NCBI RefSeq assembly: GCF_963676685.1
Contig: NC_092349.1
Span: 79,422,001 to 79,486,000 of the forward strand
Origin: Mytilus edulis
Taxonomy: Eukaryota
Direction: 5' to 3'
Length of the DNA stretch: 64,000 nucleotides
A program made the translations under genes and the position numbers. Below, piece after piece: positions 38,401-52,739 of the stretch. Each line of letters begins with the position of its first letter. Position 1 is the first letter of the stretch. The notes under the pieces were generated by a model. That model saw only the letters and a program-made list of their open reading frames with translations. It was not told the origin of the DNA and did no database searches.

Positions 38401-38880
38401 TAATAGTATTCTATTGTTTTTATATTATTTTGTTTATAAAATTGTTTATGATCAATATGTTTTAAATTAATTCTTTAATACTAAAGGTCAACCAGTGCTT
38501 ATTAAATACATTATAATGATATAAATTTATAACTCCGTTTCAAACTGTGAGTAATACATGACAATTAATAAAATGTGTTCACCAAAAAAAAAAAAAAAAA
38601 GGAAAACAAGAATTGAGGGTTATCCCGGAGCTTCTGATCGGTTGTAAGTGTTGGTTATTAAACGAGTCCTGCTTTCTTCATTTAACTGTTTTTATTCTTA
38701 TTTGCCATTAGTTTAGTTAGGTTGCCTTTACTTCCCTCATTTCGGATAAATCTTGAAGATATTTTGATAGCACATGTTTTCATCTGCTTTTAATTTGGCC
38801 TTGTTTGGAATTTGTCAGGAAATCATTTCTTTATTAGTATCTTTATAATATCTATATAAAATTATAATCCTGGTACTTTT
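35440..38880 (+). repeat. Older tandem duplication, unit 1 (second unit ~38890-47220, expanded by insertions)
   Basis: 35440-36030 ~ 38890-39460; 37795-37830 ~ 40445-40480; 38060-38870 ~ 46390-47220. Confidence 0.7.
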
Positions 38881-40224
38881 GATAACTAATTGCAAAGTTC
38901 AGTAAATACAAATTAGGCATTTGTAATTGTGTTGGTTCCACAAAATAGGAACTGATAGATCTGCTATTGAAAATATATGAGACTAATAATTGATGCATGC
39001 CATATATCGGCGGCGAAAAATTATGACTAATATCTTTAAAAATACGTTGCGATAATAAATGTACGAGTAATACTCTTAATCTTGATAAAAATAAATCGGT
39101 AAAGGTCTTGACATCTTAGATATAATCGAGATGTGTAAAACAGTGCATTTGGATTCAACACATTTTTAAAGGACATGTGTAATAGATAATTATTGTATTA
39201 TCTTTCGTTTAAATGGGTATTTAGAGAAGATGATCTATATTTTTTTTGGATTGAACTATTATGATAAAAAAATCTCCCATGGGTCATTTGTCTCTTTTAT
39301 CACAAATGGAGTAAACTAACAACCCTATTTCATATAATCGGTATTCCAACTTATAACATAATCTACTCGTTTAACACAGTCATGTTGGTCAATATTTAGT
39401 TTAGCATCAAACAGATCATTGAACTCTTACGTTACCATGTATCGATTTTCAGGTTTGTTATTAAAGTGAAGTTAAAACATTTGTATATTATTTTTGCAGG
39501 CTATAGTAAATGTACATCTGAATAAAAAAAAATAGTATAAAATGATCTAATTTAGCAACTCCTAAAAAAAGTTATATATAATCAAACTAAGGTTTTAACT
39601 TCCATTTAGCAATAAGTACACAGGTGCAAGACTTAAAAGGACAAAAAGTGTTATTCAATTATTATATTGCACTTGTTAACAGATGTTGTATATACTTATA
39701 GTTGTTTCTTGACAGATATTGGCAGTAAAGACCCGAGTCCAATCGTTTATGTTTGTTATGGTATAAAATTAGACGATTTGTAATTTTCATAATAACATGT
39801 ATTTTACATCCTTATTCAGTATGACTAACAATATTGCAGACTAACGGCGACAGAAATCTTCTCCGTAATTGTTAATTACGATTACTACTAGTACATCGTC
39901 CAATTTGTGTAGAAAAGTTAATTTCATAGAAAAACTTTACACAAAATGAATTAGACGATGCATGGTGTAAGCTTAACATATCTGCACTAAAATAAAGTAT
40001 ATTTGAGAGGACGTGGTCGGGTACTTGTAAATCCCAACATTAACAAAAAGCCAGTAATTACAAATCTGAGAGTACTCGCAGTCACGGACAACTAGTTCGA
40101 AGTCAATAACATCTTATTAAAGAAATCATGCATCGAAGACAAACTTACAAATCAATACACATCAAATAGCAAATGAATTAAAAATAAAGGGTCCTAAACA
40201 GTCAGACAAAACATGTACTTAATA

Positions 40225-40340
40225 TTATTCTACCGAAGGTCGATGGTTTTCTATTGGTAATCTGGCCACCTACACCAATAAAACATGCCGCCACAGGTAG
40301 CACAGTAGTGTTAAAATTGGCGTTACATACTAACCAATCA
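40225..40340 (+). mobile_element. SINE 3' fragment
   Basis: GGTCGATGGTTTTC..CACCAATAAAAC..CCGCCAC..GGCGTTA..CCAATCA resembles mollusc SINE core/tail sequence (from recall, not a database match). Confidence 0.4.
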
Positions 40341-43300
40341 TTTGATCAATATATTTAATATTCATCAATAAAACTTATATCGAACTAATCAGTGAAATTA
40401 AGACTTTCTAGTTTAGTGTGGTAGAAGTGTTTTTGTAAACGTATCATCTCATTGAAACATTACTACCTTATAATTAACTAATCAGAAAATTGTAATTAAT
40501 CAAACTCAAATAAATACCTTGTAGATAGTTACAATATTGATTTATTCTTTTTCGTTTTATGTTTAAAAGCCAACTCAAAATTACCGATTGGGTTTACTAA
40601 TATTTACCGCGATTGACAGAGGAAGCAAAATATAACCTATTGATTCCTAGTGCAACCAGTATTTGCTTTAAAACAATCCTACAGTCCATGAACTGTCAAC
40701 ATTCAGTAATATCTAGTAAATATGTTTCTATCGGTATTATTGAAATAAGGTAAAACCAAGAGAGTAATTATGATCATAATTTCCAGAAATTATTCTTTGG
40801 TATACATATTATAAAATCAGCCTAATCAATAACAGACATGTCATGCAATTAAAACAATTTTATCATTATGTAACTTACGCTTGGCCATTTAGTATATATA
40901 CTATTCTGTTAAAGTTACAGACACGCATAGAACAAAACACAAAGAGACATGTAAGCCAATGTAACATGTGTAAAAGCACTATTCAATTGTATAATATTGC
41001 AAAAAAAGTGGACTAAATGTTTTGTAATTGAAGAAAAAAAAAATGAAAAGTCGATATTTTTCAAGTGTAGGAATAAAATTCTAGAACGGTCTTTGATATA
41101 TTGGTCCCTTAAATTGCACATTTTTACATGTTTAATTGATCGAGTAAAGTAAAAAAGAGTAATTTAGACGTATTACTAGTAAACAAAACTGCATCTGCAT
41201 GAACGAATAAGTTTAAGTAAATACTACAGTTTTCTATGATTCAAACAACCACTGTAATGAAAACCTATTAGTGACCTTCTGTTGTTTACCACTCTTTAGT
41301 TGGATTTTTGTCTCTGTGACACATTCTCCATATCCATTCTCCAATTTTATTTCTGCCATCATATATTTTACCAAAAAAATATGGAATTTTTGCAAAACGC
41401 CTCGTTTTCAAATATATTGCATTTTTTTTCTATTCAACAAGCAGTTATTGAAAGTAAAAACACCTTTCTAGGGACAGCCAAAATTGTAAGGTGTTGTAAA
41501 CGGTTATATTAGTTCACTTGACAGAAAAGAAAAAAAGAAAAAGTTACACCGATACTCGATAAAAGTACCCCAGTCAAATCGATATCAATTTAAATATATC
41601 TTGACACTCTGCACACAATTTATGTACTAGTATATGTCATTATAATTTATTTTAGAAAACCAGTAGAAAGCTAAGGCAGATCATTTGTAGAAACCTTTCT
41701 ATAATTTACTATTTTGCAGTTTTTTGTGCATTCAAAATAGACAGTATCAGATTTGTTCACGGGAGGTCGTAATAGATAGTTAACCTTTACATTTGCTACT
41801 GGGTGCACGACCTTGACAGAATGATGTATTACTTCATTCATAGGAATTTTCGAATTGTATTTACGTCATAAAATATTTCATCGTCTCGTCCTTTTTATAT
41901 TGATATGACATGTATGATATATAACATATCTTAAGCAAATATTTGCAATTCAGCATGTAGATCTTGTAATAGAGATACAGTCATTTGTTAATAAAGTATA
42001 CATTTCCCTTCAAAGCTAAACATACTTTTATCAGTAGTATAATTATTCTGAGAAGCATTTGATGAGTTGTTTAACGTTTTCCTGTTGTAGAAAATTGATA
42101 TAGAAGAAAAAAGCTCACGGAATAATTCATATTTAAATATTGTGAAATAAAATCTGTTTTGATTCATTTTATTATTTTAACTACATAATGCGTTCGTCTT
42201 CTTTGCAAATATTTGAAATGTTCTAAATGCTTTAAAAGGGATTAATGGTAAAGACCTGTAAGAAAACATGCAATTTAAATTCTTTTTCTCTATCAATAAA
42301 ACATGTAATACAACGCATTCTCAAATATCTTTGAATTGCTAGCAGTAAACTATGCTTAGAATAAACTCGTATTCAGAAATCGAAAGTGAAGACTAATTGA
42401 AAAAATATGTTTAAGTCAGCTAAGATAACATTCCGTTTATGAACATGTTATTAAATATAAACGAGCCTAAATTTTAGAAAACAGATTGGCTCATAACTAT
42501 CTTAGCAATGCCTGTCTATTGAACGTGAAAAAAAGTTAACCATATATACCAAACATACAGTAAATATGTTCCAATCCTATATCACGATGTCTAGACATTG
42601 ACAAAAATTTTCTATGCAGAAAGAACCTTTACAACCAAAGAAATTGTTCAACTTATATTTTAAACGATTGTGAACTTTTCTTTTCTCTTTCGATCTAACT
42701 GCATGTGGTGTACTAGTGCACATATCCAAATGCAATATTCGATTTCATCTGCAAGAAAAATGTTCAACCATGGTTGTTCCTTCGACTTCTTACGGAAAGT
42801 ATATTATGATTGAACGTTTTGAAAAGTCATAGACACAAATGATAAGTAATACGTTTCTCGTTTTGTTGGTACAATAAAGTCCTCAATTTCGGTATCGAAT
42901 CATTGTACTTATCATCCATGCTTGCCATGACTTTGAAAACATCATGGATGCAACTAGAGGAACAGAAACTGTTTCCTCTTGAAATTACTGCTTTTTTATG
43001 GATTTATGTTTCCTCATCTTCTCATTTGACAGTGCATTGTGTTATCCATTATTTCATTTTTTTGTCCATGGAAAGGTTGCATCCACTTTAATGTTATTCA
43101 TTTATTTCCCTGTTGATTAAACAAATCTAGAAGGCTCTTTAGCATCTTATGATACTATTTACTATCAAATAGTCACCACACTAACAGCTATTTCGTTTAG
43201 ACCTTATTGATATATGTGTAAATGATAAAATTGAATAACAGTTTAATTTAAAAATGATATAAATGCATTTGGAATACACTAATCAAGTACCAATTAGCCA

Positions 43301-43474
43301 AGTTAGGTCCGCAGCAGAGAGGTTCATTGACTTCTTCTGCTAAAATTCTTCTGCCACTATTTGAATCATAAATAAGCCATCACTAGAATGTAAGATATAA
43401 TAAAGTCAGTCTAGACAATTTTTTCTAATGTATAACATGTATCACTTATAGGTTTAAGTACAGATACATCTTTT

Positions 43475-45845
43475 AGGTCTGCTGAATTTTGGAAAGTTTT
43501 AAATAAATTCTCTCCGAAACAAAAAAAGGAAAGTCCAATTTCACTAGAAGTAATGTATGCACATTTTAAGAAGCTTAACGAAAGTGTGGCAAATGAGGAG
43601 GAAGAGTTTAAATTACCTAACCTAGAGTTAAATGAGTTCGACGAAATTTTAAATGGGCCTATTACCGAGGAAGAAATTATCAAAGTCATTAAAAAATTAA
43701 AAAATAACAAAGCCGCTGGATATGATGGAATAAGAAACGAGTTTATTAAAAATTCCATGTCTGTATGTTTACCTCTTTATGTAAAACTGTTCAATTTTGT
43801 ATTCGACACAGGGATTATACCCGAAATCTGGTCAATGGGAATAATTAATTCCATTTATAAGAATAAGGGAGCTCTTAACGATCCAGACTCGTATCGAGGT
43901 ATTACACTGGTATCATGTTTAGGTAAAGTATTTACAGCTATACTAAATAACAGACTAGACAAGTTTGCCCAAGAAGTAGAATTACTCTCAAAATGCCAAG
44001 CGGGATTTAGGAAAGGGTACTCCACACTTGATAATATATTTAGTTTATACTGTTTGATTCAACTTTATTTACTCTCTGGAAAACGTTTATTCTGCACATT
44101 TGTAGATTTCAAGAAAGCCTTTGATACTGTATGGAGGGTAGGACTGTGGCAAAAGCTTATTTCTAGTAATATAACCGGCAAAATATTTAAGTCTATTTAT
44201 AACCTCTATTCTAATGTCAAATCATGTGTAAGACATAACTCGAGTTGTTCAAATTTCTTTCCGTGCGAAGTTGGAGTTAGGCAAGGTGAAAACTTATCAC
44301 CCTTTCTTTTTTCTATTTTCCTTAATGATCTTGAAAGCTATTTTATTCAGCATGATATAACAGGTTTAGAAAAGGTAAATGAATACTGTCTAAATGAACT
44401 AGGCATTTATATTCGAATTTTCTTGTTATTATATGCTGATGATACAATATTATTAGCAGAATCAGCTAACGATTTACAAATAATGTTAAACAAGTTTGAT
44501 GAATACTGTACTGACTGGAAACTAAATGTAAACATTGATAAGACAAAAGTAATGGTGTTTGAGAAGGCGAAGCGTAAAAGAAATATGAGATTCATGCTAA
44601 GGGGCGAGGAGTTACAGCTCACCGACAGTTATAATTACCTGGGATTATTAATAAGATACAATTGTAATTTTAATTTATCAAAGAAAAAACTTGTTGAACA
44701 ATCACAAAAAGCACTGTATGCATTATACTATAAGTTAAGAAATGTAAACATCCCTTCAGATCTGCAGTTTCGACTATTTGATTGTATGGTCGCTCCAATT
44801 TTGCTTTATGGGTCGGAAATCTGGGGTCACGAAAATGTTGACATGATTGAAAAGGTGCACTTGAGTTTCCTAAAAAGAGTCCTGAATGTTAGATCAACAA
44901 CACCAAACTATATGGTCTATGGGGAAACTGGCAGATTTCCATTAAAAATTAATATCAAAACTAAATTACTATGCTTTTGGTCAAGGCTAGTGCAAAGCAG
45001 TAGTAACAAATTATCTGGGATCTTGTATCAGTTAATGTATAACTTACATAACTCAGGCCAATACTCATTTAAATGGTTATCTTCCGTGAAACAAATTTTA
45101 GATGATACAGGATTTTCTTTTGTCTGGAATGCACAGGGTGATATCAAAAGTTCGGATATTAAAAAAGAAATAAAACAGAGATTGGTTGACCAATTCGGAC
45201 AGAGCCTATCTGCTGATATGACAAACTCATCTAGAGGTGTGTTTTATGCTTCATACAAAACAATGTTTTGTTTAGAGCCATATTTACTCAATCTTAAAGT
45301 GGCAGATCGATACATCTACAGTAAATTTAGATGTTCAAACATCAAAATCCCTATAGAAGTTGGTCGGTGGAAAAATACACCAAGAGAAAATCGTATATGC
45401 TGTCACTGCGATTCAAATACCATTGGTGACGAATATCATTATTTTTTTGTATGTTCCAATAAACAAATTATGTCTTTAAGAGAAAGGTATATACCTACAT
45501 ATTACATAAAAAATCCTTCCCAATTGAAATTTATTGGTCTATTATCACACTGTAACGTGCCAGTGCTAACAAAAGTGTGCATGTTTCTAAGACATATTGA
45601 AAAAATATTTTCATAATTCATAGCATGTTACAATAATTTCTAACCACGTTGCAATTAAGAATTTTGCAAACAAATCAACCAAATATATTTCAGTTTTATT
45701 GTATGATATCAATTATTAATCTATTGTGTGACTTTCTTGTAAATGTATAAGTATGTATGTAATTTTTAATGTATAATTGTTATCCTCTTGTAGCACCATA
45801 CGTGTGCCTAAGTTGTAATAAATTGTCTTGTCTTGTCTTGTCTTG
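43475..45845 (+). mobile_element. 5'-truncated non-LTR retrotransposon (RTE-X or CR1/L2-like clade)
   Basis: Open RT frame, AATAAA at ~45817 and a (TCTTG)n tail; endonuclease domain missing. Confidence 0.93.
43553..45616 (+). CDS. LINE ORF2 fragment: reverse transcriptase and C-terminal CCHC finger (687 aa)
   Basis: KAAGYDGI, YRGITL, QAGFR, FVDFKKAFD, GVRQGENLSP, LYADD, YNYLG, LYGSEIWG, C..C..GDEYH...C. The frame continues upstream (FWKVL), so this ATG is internal. Confidence 0.92.
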   Translation: MYAHFKKLNESVANEEEEFKLPNLELNEFDEILNGPITEEEIIKVIKKLKNNKAAGYDGIRNEFIKNSMSVCLPLYVKLFNFVFDTGIIPEIWSMGIINSIYKNKGALNDPDSYRGITLVSCLGKVFTAILNNRLDKFAQEVELLSKCQAGFRKGYSTLDNIFSLYCLIQLYLLSGKRLFCTFVDFKKAFDTVWRVGLWQKLISSNITGKIFKSIYNLYSNVKSCVRHNSSCSNFFPCEVGVRQGENLSPFLFSIFLNDLESYFIQHDITGLEKVNEYCLNELGIYIRIFLLLYADDTILLAESANDLQIMLNKFDEYCTDWKLNVNIDKTKVMVFEKAKRKRNMRFMLRGEELQLTDSYNYLGLLIRYNCNFNLSKKKLVEQSQKALYALYYKLRNVNIPSDLQFRLFDCMVAPILLYGSEIWGHENVDMIEKVHLSFLKRVLNVRSTTPNYMVYGETGRFPLKINIKTKLLCFWSRLVQSSSNKLSGILYQLMYNLHNSGQYSFKWLSSVKQILDDTGFSFVWNAQGDIKSSDIKKEIKQRLVDQFGQSLSADMTNSSRGVFYASYKTMFCLEPYLLNLKVADRYIYSKFRCSNIKIPIEVGRWKNTPRENRICCHCDSNTIGDEYHYFFVCSNKQIMSLRERYIPTYYIKNPSQLKFIGLLSHCNVPVLTKVCMFLRHIEKIFS

Positions 45846-46998
45846 TTTTCCTCTAAAAGTTGAATTGTTTCCCTCTGTTTTAATTAGTTACCCGGATTTG
45901 TTTTCTCTTAATTGTTTGATGAATTTTGAACAGCGGTATACTTGTATTGTCTTTATGTTTAGCATACTCGTACACAAATCATTATTTAAGTTATAAAGGC
46001 AGATATTGCAGATGAAAGGTTACATTTGACTTCTTCGTGAGGAATAGAAAGCCGACAAAGGAAAATCCGACCAACGGATTTAATAGAAAATATAAACTAA
46101 TGTAACGACATGAAGTGACACTAATATTTCATTTTTCATTTGGAAAAAGTTCTTATGATTCACATTTATCACATGTTTATTAGTTAAAATTTGATTTAAA
46201 ACCTATTTTGAAATCATATGATTTTAAAATGAACATATTTAATTTGATTCTTTAAAGTCTATAATATACGTAACAGAGCAAAGGTTCAATCAAATTGAAC
46301 TGATTGATTTCAATATACGTACATGCATCCAAATATTCGTTATTTGTTGTGACAGAAAATGAATGTCTTATATCTAAATTAAAAATTTGGTTTTCCGAAA
46401 GGACAATATTAAGATTAAAAATTTTTAAGTTGCATTTATTCTTTCAATAATATGATTAGTCATGTATTCGTATGTAGATATGTGTGCCGTATTGTGCACT
46501 TACAAATGTAGTTCATATCGAAATGTTTTTTTTTAATTTTAAGTAAGGACCTGTGATCAAAACGATTAGTGCTTAATATGTAGTTTAAATAAGCATTTGT
46601 ATAGGTTTTGATAGGAGTCGACTTTTATAAGTAGGTCAGGAAAGGGAATCGAATAAAATTTAATATTCGCATCCTGCAAATTATTAATCACTGATGGCTA
46701 ATGGAATTATAATGATAATAGCACCACATTTCCTTTTTTTGAGATTTTTTTTATTTATAAAGATTTCCAATAAACATGAGATTATACTTACAAAATATGA
46801 AACTCATTCATTCTTGAATACTTAAGGTCAACCATTGTTTATACAATACATTAGAATGATGTAAATTCGGGTACAAACTGCAAGTAACACATGACAATTC
46901 AAATAAAGTGTTGATGGTAATTCCAGAGCCTCTGAGTTCAATCCCAATTATAAGTTTTGCATGATTTCTGTTTTTTTGCATTTTTCTTGTTTTTTTTC

Positions 46999-47048
46999 GG
47001 GGGGGGGGGGGGGGGGGGTTGTTGTTGTTGGGTTTTTTTGGGGGGGGG
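46999..47048 (+). repeat. Poly-G / GTT low-complexity tract
   Basis: G20, (TTG)n, T7, G9. Confidence 0.9.
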
Positions 47049-50000
47049 ATCGGTTAAGTAAATTACTTCCCTCATTTAGGATGAATCTTGGAGTTCGGAT
47101 AGGATATATTGATATTACATTGTTTTCTAATTTGTGTTTCACAATTGTTTTGAATTTGTCAAGACATAATTCTGTTATTGGCATTTTCATGTATTTTATC
47201 TTGTATCATATATTTGGTTAATATTATTTTTTTCTTACAAGTATTACTATATTAACAAAATCTGTTTCCTTGCTGGTCATACTAGACTTTCTTATATATT
47301 TTAGCAATTTAGACAGTGTATTCGGCAACGTGCTTATTCCGTGTTATAAGCCATTATCCTCTGTATTACCTTATTTTCATTGTACTTAGTCATCTCCGTG
47401 GTCAACTGCCAGTACTATCACTTTTGTGAAAATAAAGGCTACCACGTGAGACTTCAAAACTGTACCACCAAAATGTATTAAACGGTAGCAAAGGCAGTGG
47501 ATTATTTTGAAAATTTACTGCTAAAAGTTAAATTCAAATATTTTAAGTTAGTTCACATAAACATGATAAAGGACATCTTTTGTTGTCAATTTAAATTATG
47601 TCCTTACAAACACCAGAAGATCCATGCCTCGCTTAGTTTTTATGTCACGGAATTATCTAATTCATTTGAACTGATAAAAATGTTATTTTGTTTATTGTGC
47701 AATATTAAATACAAGCACTTATAGAGGGTTAATATAACAAACAGTCTGTTAGAACATTAATCAGATTTTGACTGATAAAGATATAACTGTAGCGCGTTTT
47801 AAATTTAAAGTATTTTTAATAATATTAAGTTGAATCAGTGTGTGAAGTAAATAATAAACATACTTATGATAAATCAAGTGCAAAATAAAAGTGAATACAC
47901 TATGAAAATATTCAAAATATATGTCATTGGACATAACGAAATAAAAAGAAATGATGACTCTGTAAAAACAGAACGAATACCAACTATTTAATAAAACCAA
48001 GGTAAAAGTGAACTAATAACATTAACGATACTAATTTTTCTGTTTAATCTGAAATAGTCATTGTAATATCAAAAACTTTTTCATTTGTCAGTATTCCAGT
48101 CAATTTTCAATTAGTGACTATGAAATCATCCCTTGGTTATTTTAACGGACGACATGTCACCAATTATTTGACCGTTATAAAATGTCTTTTCACAGATGAC
48201 AATGAGTATGTTCCAATTATCGGAACTACAATTCCTTTCACTTTCGCCTGAATGTGACATACCGAGTTATTCTGCTCACCTGGTTTTTACATACATAAAT
48301 AGCATAATGGGTGTCACATGTGGAGCGGAATATCTTTACCATAACTGAGCACCTGACATCCTTCTATTTGTTTATGCTCATTCTATGTTTTTTTTTGCCA
48401 CTAGTGATTGTCGATGATCTAAGTGCGTAGACTCACCGTCGTGTGGACTGACCTTGCACGCGTTTTTCTAGCCGGAACTATGGGTGAATAACATTAGTAC
48501 ATTAAAGTTTAACTTGGGAAAAATCAGAAACTTTGGAATTAACCTAGAAAGAAAAGCTAGGCAGAATGAGATCGTAAGCTATGTAAGAGAAACATCTGTG
48601 AGACAATCTCAAACAGCAAAATTTGAAATTGCAGGTTATAGGTTTTTGTCATCGGTACAAAAAAGTATACATAGATAATTGTGAAAACCCAAAGATGCCT
48701 TAAAATGCTGAACGATAGATGAGGTGAGTTTGGTAAGGTTGTTTTTCAACGTTAAATATAATACATGAATCATTGATATTGCTAGAAAAAATCCATCAAA
48801 AACGTAAAGCTAGTCTGTAATCAACTTTACTGTTCTAATTTTACTACTTCAAATGCGCATTACGATAATAAATGTCTCTCTATTGATACTCGAGGCAAAC
48901 TATTTGAAAATCCTAGAAACAAATTGAAAGATACAAGCTTAAAAGGACAAAATGTAAAGCCTAATTCAGGCAAGGAATCAGACATTTGCTTATAGGGAAA
49001 TATATTTTAGAAAGTATATCAATCAGGCAAAAACTAGTATGGATATTTCATATTTCTGTCACCCGCATTTAGATAAAAAAAACATAACTTATAAAAATAC
49101 AAGATGCCACCGAAATGCAAGCGAATTTAATTTTTCTTGATATGATCGTTACGCAAAAGATAGATAAATGGCAATGTATTCCTAAAGTCAACACCCTGCA
49201 AAGCATTGTTTTTATCATGTTTTAAAACATATAACCCAAGCAGATAATATTTCTCAAGGAAAAACAAATCATATGTAAATAAGTAGACAAATAAGTTTTC
49301 GAATCAGAGGTTGCATACAAAACAATGAATAGATTATCTAAAATAAACCACCAGTTGATTGCATTTATAAATTAGTAGTGAAATCATAAACACAAAACAA
49401 AGTATTTTGATTTTGATTTTGTGTCTGACAAAAAAAATGATCAAATTAAGTATATTTTCATCTAATTACGTTACTTGTTTCGGAACACTTGTCTACATTA
49501 ATTATGAACTATCACTTTTTCATCTTCCGTGAGAAATGTTGCATTCTATTCTGTTATACGTATGACTTTAAAATATTTAAAAAAATAAATGCAGTGATGC
49601 ATGTTTAAAACTGATAACTATATGAACTTTGACATGACAAGATGTTACCCTCTGATAACGAATATGTCGGTGTATTATATGCATGAGCCTTTATTCAAAG
49701 AAATTGTAAATTTTCAAATTAGTCATAGTCCAAATTAAAGAAAAAAGTGTCATATTTTGTAAATATAACATTGTTCATCTTCATTTATAGAATATCACTA
49801 GATTAAACGGAAGGTGCATTCACACCAGTATGTATGATATGGTAATGTATTAATTAGTATGTATAAGATAATCATTGTAAAAAAACAAAAATTACGCTCA
49901 AGATTATTATAGTCATTAGTGTGGATTGACTTCTCATATATAGCTTTTTCTCTCTACCGTATTCATTTCTGTTTTTTCTATATTATTTGTTTTAGGAAGG

Positions 50001-51124
50001 CGTCAAAATTTTGATAGTATTTAAATAGTTCTTGATCTATTAGTATTGCTTACACTTTATACTTTATAAAGATGACTTCTACAAATATAGTTTGCTGATC
50101 AATTTAAAACGCCGAAATCACGCAAGATATAAACCTAAAATAAAATAGTAATGTGCCATAACGAGATGTAATGAATAATCAGTTCTTTGGAACATACAAT
50201 TTATAAAGTTTTATATTAGATTTCTATATGGTCAACACGACGATTAGATGACATATTAAAAGCATCAAAAAATGAAATTAGTATAGGCGAATGGGCCTTT
50301 TTATATAGGAAAGCAGGAGATAACATTAGTTCACACAAAACTTGATAGCGGAACAATTTGTAAAAATTTAACACTTTATTTAAACATAAATCACTGTCTT
50401 ATTTGTGATGTTATCAGATAGTTGTGGCTTGAGTATCTGTTTAATGTCATATTTGGTAAGAAGTAATTGAATATCAAATGAGACATCGGTTAACCAAACC
50501 GCAATCTATATCTATAAAGAAGCTATCAGTATATATGTAAGTAGAAATTTAACGCTATCATACCCATTTAAAGGAATTGATATAACTTTAAAATAGGTGT
50601 ATAATTCACGGTAAAAGATATATTGTTAATCTTTAATGTCGTTTTAAGTCACGGACGGGACAGTGTATATTTGTTTTTGTGTTGTTTTTTTTTTTTTATA
50701 TTAGATCAAGGTTAAAGGGCTACATGTAAAACAAATAAAAGGTGCGCTCATAATTTAGGTCACATATGAATGAGATTGTTTTTTTTTGTTTTTATTTAAA
50801 TTTTAAACGTATGTGTTTTTTCTGTAATTATGATAGACCGATAAATATTTCAACAATTATTATGATTCTTTATGGTATTTCAAAGGCAATCATATTTTTG
50901 TCATGTTATTTTCAAACGATTGTCTTTTAAGCCTAAAAAAGGTGCGCATTATAGTATCGAATTTGCAATGTGAATGCGTTATAGCACATGTAGCAGTATC
51001 GTATGGAGTGAAACAGGTGCTATATTTTAATTGAATCTTTAAAGTTCTCTCTGTCCAATTATCATATTGCACTGGTTCTAACATAAAAGATGGTATACCT
51101 GTTTTAGGTAGACATAAAAATATG

Positions 51125-51162
51125 GTGAAGTCCCTGTACAAGCTTACGTCATTGTATAAAAA
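51125..51162 (+). promoter_or_regulatory. Gene B core promoter: degenerate kB site, CRE-like site, TATA box
   Basis: GTGAAGTCCC (51125-51134), TTACGTCA (51144-51151), TATAAAAA (51155-51162). Confidence 0.55.
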
Positions 51163-51184
51163 TAGAAAATTATGATATTTAATA

Positions 51185-51326
51185 TTTACGTTCATGTCGC
51201 ATCCTCATTTAGTTAACATAGATTATTAAAGATGCATGGATACACAAATCATTATAACCTTCTCTTCGATAATAATTGGTAGCTTTATTAAACATTTATT
51301 CTTATGCAGAACATATATTAACGAAG
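51185..51326 (+). other. Gene B putative non-coding exon 1 (start estimated)
   Basis: Homologous to gene A exon 1; donor AAG|GTAAGC. Confidence 0.55.
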
Positions 51327-52739
51327 GTAAGCCTTAAGATAACTGCAATAAAGGATTTTTGATGCAAACTTAGGCAGTACTACTAAATAAAACTATCGTT
51401 CTACGGGGCACGCAATTTTATACATGTACAATGTACCTCAAAAACGTTCATGATATCCGCATGTAATACGTTAACATCTCCATAAAATGGGCATGTTTAC
51501 TCATCTATTAAAACGACGATTTCCTGAGAAGAAAAAAAACCCAATGAAAGTGTGTTTGTTTTCTTTTTTATACATTTTCTACGTTAGCTTTTCCTGTTGT
51601 TTTTTGCTAATTATTATAATTTTAGTCAAATAACCAGTAATTGAATCTTCAAAATACATTGTTTTCGTGAATAACAGGAGCAACGAGACGAAAACATTAA
51701 ACATTAAAACTTCATATATCATTTACAATCGTACCAAAACATCTTGGTTTGTATCAATTTTCTTTTAATGATGACGATTGGTAAGCTCATCCTATTTAAC
51801 ATGTCGTACTGTTGGCGGTTTATACATGTACTGAATCGTAGCATATGATTGAATATTGAAGAACTGCAAGCTTGAACTAGTGCATGAAATACTTTTGATT
51901 TTTAACCGAAAGCAAATGGTTTTAATAGCGCCTGGTGATATTTGTGGTTATATCATAGTTTAAATGTTTTGACGGGTTAAATTATGACCAAACCGCTAGT
52001 ATTGAAACACTTTAAAAAAAAAAGTACAAAGGTATATATTTATAGCGTGGGTACCCCTTTAAATTTACTAATTGAAGTTAAAGAATAAAAATATGATTGA
52101 AGGCTTGATTTTAATACTATTGATAAGGATTTACTGTCATATCAAGTTGTAAGACGGTGACAGTATAGTGTTTTATTTTGTTTGTTGTTTGATTTGCAAC
52201 ATAATCAATTGAATAAATGTATCAAATTCTGGGTGAGGTCAAAATAAAAATAAATAATGAGATTGATATCTGGAAAATATTAAAGGTTATCTAGATAAGT
52301 ACTGTTGTTATGTTTTGTAGCATATGGACAATCAAAATATATCAGACCTAACACACAATGTAAAAGCATAGAAAACAAAGAAATTTTATTATTAGGTAAG
52401 GTAGCTCTTTTCATGAAAGTGACAAGATAGTGTTTTCTTTTGTTTGTGGTTTGATTTGCAATATTATGAATTGAATTTATGTAATAGATATAAGGGCGTG
52501 CACCAAAATCTAAATAATGAACGAGATAGTAATTGTGAACAAAAATTGAAGGTTATCTAGATATGTGTTTATGTATAGTTTATTTTGATAGAGCGATCGA
52601 ATATCAATCGTACTGTTATGATATTATTTAAACACTTAAACATTAAAAAAAATCGTTTTGTCAAAAACAGATTGTTGAACATATCACGCATCTATAATCA
52701 ACAAATTCTACTTTTTTTCTAGATTGCTTTAAAGACCAT

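Noticed and set aside
43411-44622. Minus-strand ORFs 43411-43758 and 44407-44622
   Set aside because: Antisense shadows of the LINE RT frame.
46948-47221. Poly-Pro and poly-Gly ORFs
   Set aside because: Translations of the poly-G tract.
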